Positions 43,921-64,000 of a stretch of DNA of 64,000 nucleotides are shown piece after piece. The position numbers and the translations under genes are program-made. The notes beneath the pieces were generated by a model that was not told where the DNA came from, did not search any database, and worked only from the letters and a program-made list of their open reading frames with translations. How positions within the stretch are numbered: the first letter of the stretch is position 1; the number at the start of each line of letters is the position of its first letter. The stretch lies in NCBI GenBank assembly GCA_000004695.1, contig CM000152.2, forward strand, positions 5,088,001 to 5,152,000. The letters are read 5' to 3'. The DNA comes from Dictyostelium discoideum (Eukaryota).

Positions 43921-44436
43921 CAAACCAATCAAAAAAAAAAAAAAAAAAAAAAATCTTTTTTTTGATTTTGTTTTAAAAAAATTAAAAAAGGTTTTTTGAT
44001 TTGGAGAACTCAATTACTGTGTGAAAAAAAAAAAAAAATGGCAATGGGAAAAAAATGATTAGAAAAAAAATAATAATAAATCGTTTTTTTTTAGATATAA
44101 AAAAAAAAAAAAAACAATAAAAATAAATCTCAATTAGATATAAATAATTATAAAGATATTAAATTAATTTTTTAAATTTTTTTTGGCTTTTTTATTTTAT
44201 TTTTTTTTTTGGTTTTGTTTTTTTTTTTTTTTTTGGGTCATGTTTTTTTTTTTTTTGTGGTTTAGATATATTATAAATAAAATTTTTTGAAAGTACTATT
44301 AAAAATATCATTATTACATTATATGTTTAATATGGTTGAAATTATATTGCAGGAAAAAAAAAAAATTTTTTTTTTTTTTTTTTTTTTTAAAAAGGGAATT
44401 ATATATTATATTTTAAAAAATGAGTGATCAAATGAT

Positions 44437-46280
44437 TTACCATGAACCTTCACTTCCACCATTTCCACTACCCCAATTACTACCACCATTATTACCATAA
44501 CCACCACCACCACCATTTCTATTACCCCAGCTACCACCGCCGCCACCACCATTTCTATTATTACCCCAGTTACCACCACCGCCACCACCATTTCTATTAC
44601 CCCAGCTACCACCGCCGCCACCACCACCATTTCTGTTATTACCCCAGCTACGGCCACCACCTCTACCACCACGACCACCACCACCATATCTAGAGATACC
44701 TTGTCTTGAGTGAACAGCGAATTTCTCTAAGAAATCTGGGATCTTTTGATTGGTTCTTTGTAAAATTTTAACTAAATCACGGAGGTTTGGTGTTTGGGTA
44801 GTAACATAAGACCAAGCGTCACCGGTCTTTCCAGCTCTTCCAGTTCTACCAATACGATGTACGTAATCTTCAATGTTACCTGGTAAACGATAATTGAATA
44901 CAGCTTTAACTGATGGAATATCAAGACCACGAGCAGCAACATCTGTTGCAATTAAAATACGAATTCTATGATCTCTAAAAAGTTTAAGACCAGATTCACG
45001 CATACGTTGATCTAAAAATAAAATAAAAATATAAAGTTAATATAATATGTTTTTTTTTTTTTTTATAAATATATAAACTTAATAAAATAATTACCTTTTC
45101 CACTATGTAAAACAATTGATTTAACATTTTTTTGAGTTGATAAATAATGTTGGAAATCATCACATTTATATTTTTCATTACAGAAAACAATGACAGTATT
45201 TGTTGGATCAGCGGTGAGAATTTTATTAATTTCATCATAAATGAGATCATCAGATTGGAGATCGGATAAATCATCAATATTGACAATATGTTGAGTTACA
45301 TTGATTGAACCAGTTAATTCTTGACTACCAACGGTGATTTTAATTGGATCTTTTAAGAATTTTGAAGCGAGTAATTTGACTTCTTTTGGCCAAGTTGCAG
45401 AAAACATGAGTGTTTGACGTTCTTTTGGAATTTGATCAATGAGTGATTCAATTTGAGGCATGAAACCCATATCCAACATACGATCGGCTTCATCGAGAAC
45501 TAAATATTGAACAGATGATAAATGATGTTTTCTCAAGAGATCATTGAGACGACCTGGTGTACCGATGACAATGTCTACACCATTACGTAAGATTCTGGAT
45601 TGATCGATTTTACCTAAACCACCATAGGCGCAAAGTTGACGAATTGAAGTACCACGAATTGATGTTTTACAGACTTCTTCGATTTGTTGTGCCAACTCTC
45701 TAGTTGGTGCCATAACGAGTACCAATGGGGTGGCACCGTAGGATGGACGTTTTGGAAGTGAAATGATCTTTAATAATGCTGGTAATAAGAATGCCAATGT
45801 TTTACCTGAACCAGTTGCTGCTAAACCAACCAAATCATTACCTCCTAAAATAATTGGCCAACTTTGACCTTGAATAACAGTTGGTGCTGTAAATCCTTGG
45901 AAAATATGTTGAAACATTCGTGGGAATTCATAATCTGTAAACTTTTGGAATGGGTTTGGTTGTGATTTACCCTCAATTAAAACATTATGTTTCTTTCTCC
46001 ATTCAGTTGGACTTAAAACAATATCTTCTTTGGTTTCTTCTTTAACTTCTTCTTCTTTATCCTCTTTTGATGATGATGATTTCTTTTCAGATTTCTTTTC
46101 TTCAGATTTACTGGACTTTTTAATTGATTTTGATTTTGATTCAACTTCTGAGTCTGATGATGATGATTCGTCTGATGATTCGTCACGTTTACTCATTTTT
46201 AATTTTTTTGAACTTGATTGTTCAACTTTAACTTCTAAACTTTCATCTTCTGTTTTTCTTTTACTTGATGTTGAAGGCAT
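44437..46280 (-). CDS. DEAD-box RNA helicase, DDX5/DDX17 (p68)-like (2 exons)
   Basis: Exon 1 is 45095-46280 and exon 2 is 44437-45011, with an 83-bp intron at 45012-45094 (G|GTAATT ... TTAG|). The Q-motif is [14 protein letters not shown]. Motif I is AATGSGKT, motif Ia is PTRELA, and motif II is [26 protein letters not shown] and ARGLDI are also present. The C-terminus carries [15 protein letters not shown] repeats of 36-42 bp. Confidence 0.9.
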
Positions 46281-46910
46281 TTTTTTTTTTTTTTTATATT
46301 TCTTTTTAGATTAACTATATAATTAATAAAATTCGAATTAGTAATTAAATAAAAAAAAAAAAAAAAAAGAGTGGTGTGTGGAGAAAAAAAAAAAAAAAAT
46401 GTGAGAAAAAAAACGAAAAAATTGAAAAAACTGGATTATATAACAAAAAAAAAAAAAAGAAAATAATAATAATAATTAATCTTACATTTAATTAGTTAGT
46501 TGAAGTTTATTGGATTTTTTTTTTTTTTTTTTTTTTTGTTTAAAAAATATTTAAAATCAAAGAAAGGTATAAATAAATAAATATTTAGGGTTTTCTTTGT
46601 TGAACGAGTGTGAAGACTAAAGAAAAAAAAAAAAAAAAATAAAAATAAAATAAATTTTACAACTTTTTGGCGAAAAAAAAAAATTAAAAATAAAATTTAA
46701 TTCAAAATAAATAAAATAAAAAAAACGAAAACCGACGGTTATGGTTGGATTTTTTACAAAAAAAATAAAAAAAAAAAAATAAAAAAAAAAAAAAATAAAT
46801 AAAATAAAATTTTTTTAATTCTTTGTTAGGAAACAATCTTTGTCAAAAAAATAGAGAGAGAGAAAAAAAATAAATAATAAAAAAAAATAATAAATCCTCG
46901 TGAGCCTTTT

Positions 46911-46942
<32 letters not shown>

Positions 46943-47308
46943 GTAAAAAATCCGACTATAACCGTTGGTTTTTTTAAATGTAATATTATTCAAAAATATT
47001 ATTCTAAAAATATTGGAAAAGATAATGATCCTTAAAAAAAAAGAAAAAAAAAAAAAAAAAGGAAAAAAAAATAAAAAAAAAAGGGAAAAAAAAAAAAAAA
47101 AAACAATTTATTGGAAAAGATAATAAAAAAAAAAAAAAAAAAAAAAATGTGTTTGTATTTTTATGGGCCTACTTGTTTGAAATTCTAAATAACACACAAA
47201 AAAATAATTTTTTGGTAATTCCAGATTTTTTTTTTTTATTTTTTGTTTTGCATTCTGAATAAAAAAAAAATCTTTGCCATGATCAGAAAAGGAGGAGATT
47301 AAAAAAAA

Positions 47309-47355
<47 letters not shown>

Positions 47356-47546
47356 AAATCAAAAACCAACTATTAAAATTGTTAAAAAAAAACAACAATT
47401 TTTTCTTTTTTTTTATATTAAATATAGCCCACGAAAAGATATAAATAACACATATCATATTAAATAAATAAATACATACACATACATACACATACATACA
47501 CATATAAATATACATTACATTATTAAAATATTATAGATCCAAGAAA

Positions 47547-48097
47547 ATGTCAAATAAAAATCCATTAAATAATAGTAATGGTAGTAATAGTTCAACAATA
47601 GTTAATTCAGATAAATTTTTAGTTAAGATTCATTCATTGAGTGTATCACATACATCAAAGAGTTCAAATATTTATTTAGTTGGTGATTTCGATCAATTTA
47701 AACAATTTAAAACTGAAACTAAAAAATCATCATCAACACATGGTTCTTGTATCTATAATGAATTTGCAATGGAGTTTCAATATGAAACTAAATACATTCA
47801 CAAATTGGACCACAAGCATTTTAAAATCTGTGTCTATAAAAAGAAATCAATTGGTTCTGATAAATATATTGGTAGTTTTGGTGTCGATCTTTATACATTA
47901 GCAACTGGTCCAATCTCTCATGATGTTGTCTTTCAAAAGGATAATACTGGTGTTGGTCGTTTACAATTTAGATTAGAAATGAATCATATCACTGATATTC
48001 AAATTTCTTTTAAATCAATTTTATTATCAAATTTAATGAAACAATCAAATTATCAAATTGATTATTCTTTAAAGTAAGCAATATATTTTAACAATCT

Positions 48098-48130
<33 letters not shown>

Positions 48131-48793
48131 TTATAATTATAATTATTCCTAACTTTTTTTTTTTTTTTATTTTAAAAAAAAAAAGTAAAATTAATCCATT
48201 AAAATCATCAATTATTGAAAATACAATTTGTCCAAGTTGGTATAACCAATCATCAATATTAATGAATATATCATTAAAGGATTTAGTTGATGGTAGTATA
48301 TTTTTTAATTTAAAGGATACAAAAAGTTCAAAAGTAATTGGTGAATTGAAATTACCAGTGAAATCAATATTCTCATTTGTAGAGGGTGATATAAAGATCG
48401 TTAAAACTTTATTATACAATGAAAAGCAAAATAAGATATGTGATGCTTGTATCGAAATTCAATTTAATAATATACCACAACTAGCTCAACTTAGAGGTGG
48501 TATTCAAACTGAACAAGGTATTAGAGGTGCAGAATCATTTTTCTCTGGTGTACCATTACCAAAGATAATAGGTGAAATTTCAAATGCTTCAACTTCTGAT
48601 GGTTATAGTAAAGAAGCTCAATTACAACATGTTAAATTACCTGATGGTTGGGAATCTAGAATCGATCCTGTCTCTGGTAAAGTTTTCTATTTAAATCATA
48701 ATAATAAAACAACTTCTTGGATTTCACCTTTAGAACATGCTCCAGTTAAAAAAAGAACTCCAACTGTTGTAATTTCAAATACAACTATACTTG

Positions 48794-48862
<69 letters not shown>

Positions 48863-49365
48863 TAAATAATACAAATAATATACAACAAAAACAACAAGCT
48901 CAACAACAACCAGTACAACCACCACCACAACCAGTACAACAACAAGTCCAACAACCACAACAAAAAGAAAAAGAAAAAGAAAAAGAAATTAATGCAGAAG
49001 ATTATAAAATAAGTAGACCAAAGAAAACACCAGCAACACCAGAAGAGGCAGCAGTTATTATACAAAGAACATTTAGAAATCATAAAAAACAAAGTTATAA
49101 TAAGACAATTAGAAATTCAAAGACAATAATACCTCCAAATAATGTTCAGCAACAACAACCACAACAAACTGAAAAACCAAGTATTTATCAAGTATTTGGA
49201 CAACAGATTGATCAAGGTTTACCAAATGGTTGGGAAGTTCGTCAAGATCAATTTGGTAGAGTATTTTATGTTGATCATATCAATCGTGCCACTACTTGGA
49301 CTCGTCCAACTGTAAAACATCCAAAACAACACCAACAGGCTACACTTGTACAACAAAGAAAATAA
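47547..49365 (+). CDS. C2-domain + two WW domains + IQ-motif protein; NEDD4-like architecture lacking the HECT domain (2 exons)
   Basis: Exon 1 is 47547-48073 (donor AA|GTAAGC). The intron is 48074-48185. Exon 2 is 48186-49365. Two C2-like beta-sandwich regions are predicted ([11 protein letters not shown]...IYLVGDF...; [10 protein letters not shown]...ELKLPV). WW1 is [31 protein letters not shown]. The IQ motif is [16 protein letters not shown]2 is [31 protein letters not shown]. The stop is at 49363-49365, and no downstream HECT-coding sequence exists. Confidence 0.7.
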
Positions 49366-49705
49366 AAAAGTTAATTTTTTAAAACATATATATGTTATTT
49401 GTAATCACAACATTTTATTTTATTTAAAGATGGTTTATAAAATTGTAAAAATTAAAAAATTTCCAAAAAAAAAAAAGACAAATAAATTGACATAACTGTT
49501 AATTTTTTGAATTTAAAAAATTTTATTCAAAAAGCGCATTGGTATTTTTTTTGAATTTTTATTTTTATTTTTTTCATTTTTTTTTTTGCTTCATTTTTTT
49601 TTTTTTTTTTCATTTCATTTACAAATTTTAATTAATTAGACGAAAATAAATTATTTTTAGGATCAATTGATTCCTACATGTTGAATTAATTTTTTTTTTT
49701 CCCAA

Positions 49706-49736
<31 letters not shown>

Positions 49737-49845
49737 ATTTTTTTATTTTATATGTGAAAAATCAAAAATCACATATGTATTGTACTCATTTTTATAAAAA
49801 TTAATAAAATAAAAAAAAATTAAATAAATCAATTACTTTTTAAAA

Positions 49846-63854
<14,009 letters not shown>

Positions 63855-64000
63855 AAAAGTAATAATAATTAAATAAATAAAAATAAATAAAATAAAATAA
63901 AAATAAAAATAATAATCGTTTTTTTTTTTTTTAGATCATTAAATTGAATAATAATTCATCAAATTAATTATTTTTTAAAGAATTCACTAATAAAACTATT

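Noticed and set aside
48074-48128. Alternative short (55-nt) intron in the C2-WW gene ending at ATATAG|.
   Set aside because: It is also in frame, but it would add an implausible [18 protein letters not shown] segment translated from T-rich intron-like sequence. The 112-nt intron ending at AAAAAG| (48185) gives a clean junction.
49749-49778. 8-bp inverted repeat ATATGTGA...TCACATAT, 70 bp upstream of the TRRAP ATG.
   Set aside because: It is short, and such repeats are expected by chance in 80% A/T DNA. It is noted as a possible factor site, but is too weak to list as a finding.

Overview
The window is AT-rich eukaryotic DNA of roughly 75-80% A+T. Exons are short and GC-richer; introns are 50-150 bp with GTAAGT or GTATGT donors and AG acceptors. 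Pure (AAT)n and (CAA)n triplet arrays encode poly-Asn and poly-Gln, and intergenic DNA carries long A/T homopolymers. This is the signature of a dictyostelid social-amoeba chromosome, most like Dictyostelium discoideum. No prokaryotic architecture is present: no operons, no CRISPR, no defence island.

The region is gene-dense, with 18 protein-coding genes on both strands and one tRNA-Arg(UCU). Several genes are confidently recognisable:
- the splicing factor SLU7
- an ELG1/ATAD5-like RFC-type AAA+ ATPase
- a DDX5/p68-like DEAD-box helicase
- a ZIP metal transporter
- an alpha/beta hydrolase
- a vWA (MIDAS) protein of the DUF2828 family
- a receptor-like TKL kinase with an IPT/TIG ectodomain
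- a roughly 4,580-codon TRRAP/Tra1 gene that fills the last 14 kb

I found no mobile element and no classical 'new system'. The observations most worth a second look are:
- a giant gene that fuses a Ras/Rab-like GTPase, a CLU-homology domain and TPR repeats, which I do not recognise as a known architecture
- a 17-bp tandem duplication that frameshifts TRRAP, and a second homopolymer-associated frameshift in a membrane-protein gene
- a same-strand ORF pair only 40 bp apart that is probably one gene
- a strand-asymmetric 30-bp inverted repeat whose only mismatches are G·U-compatible, a candidate long RNA hairpin
- a nested pair of perfect 10-bp inverted repeats in an intergenic GC-richer island, a candidate small structured RNA
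- a C2-WW-IQ-WW protein with no HECT domain

All calls rest on reading the sequence and on remembered family signatures; nothing was searched against a database.
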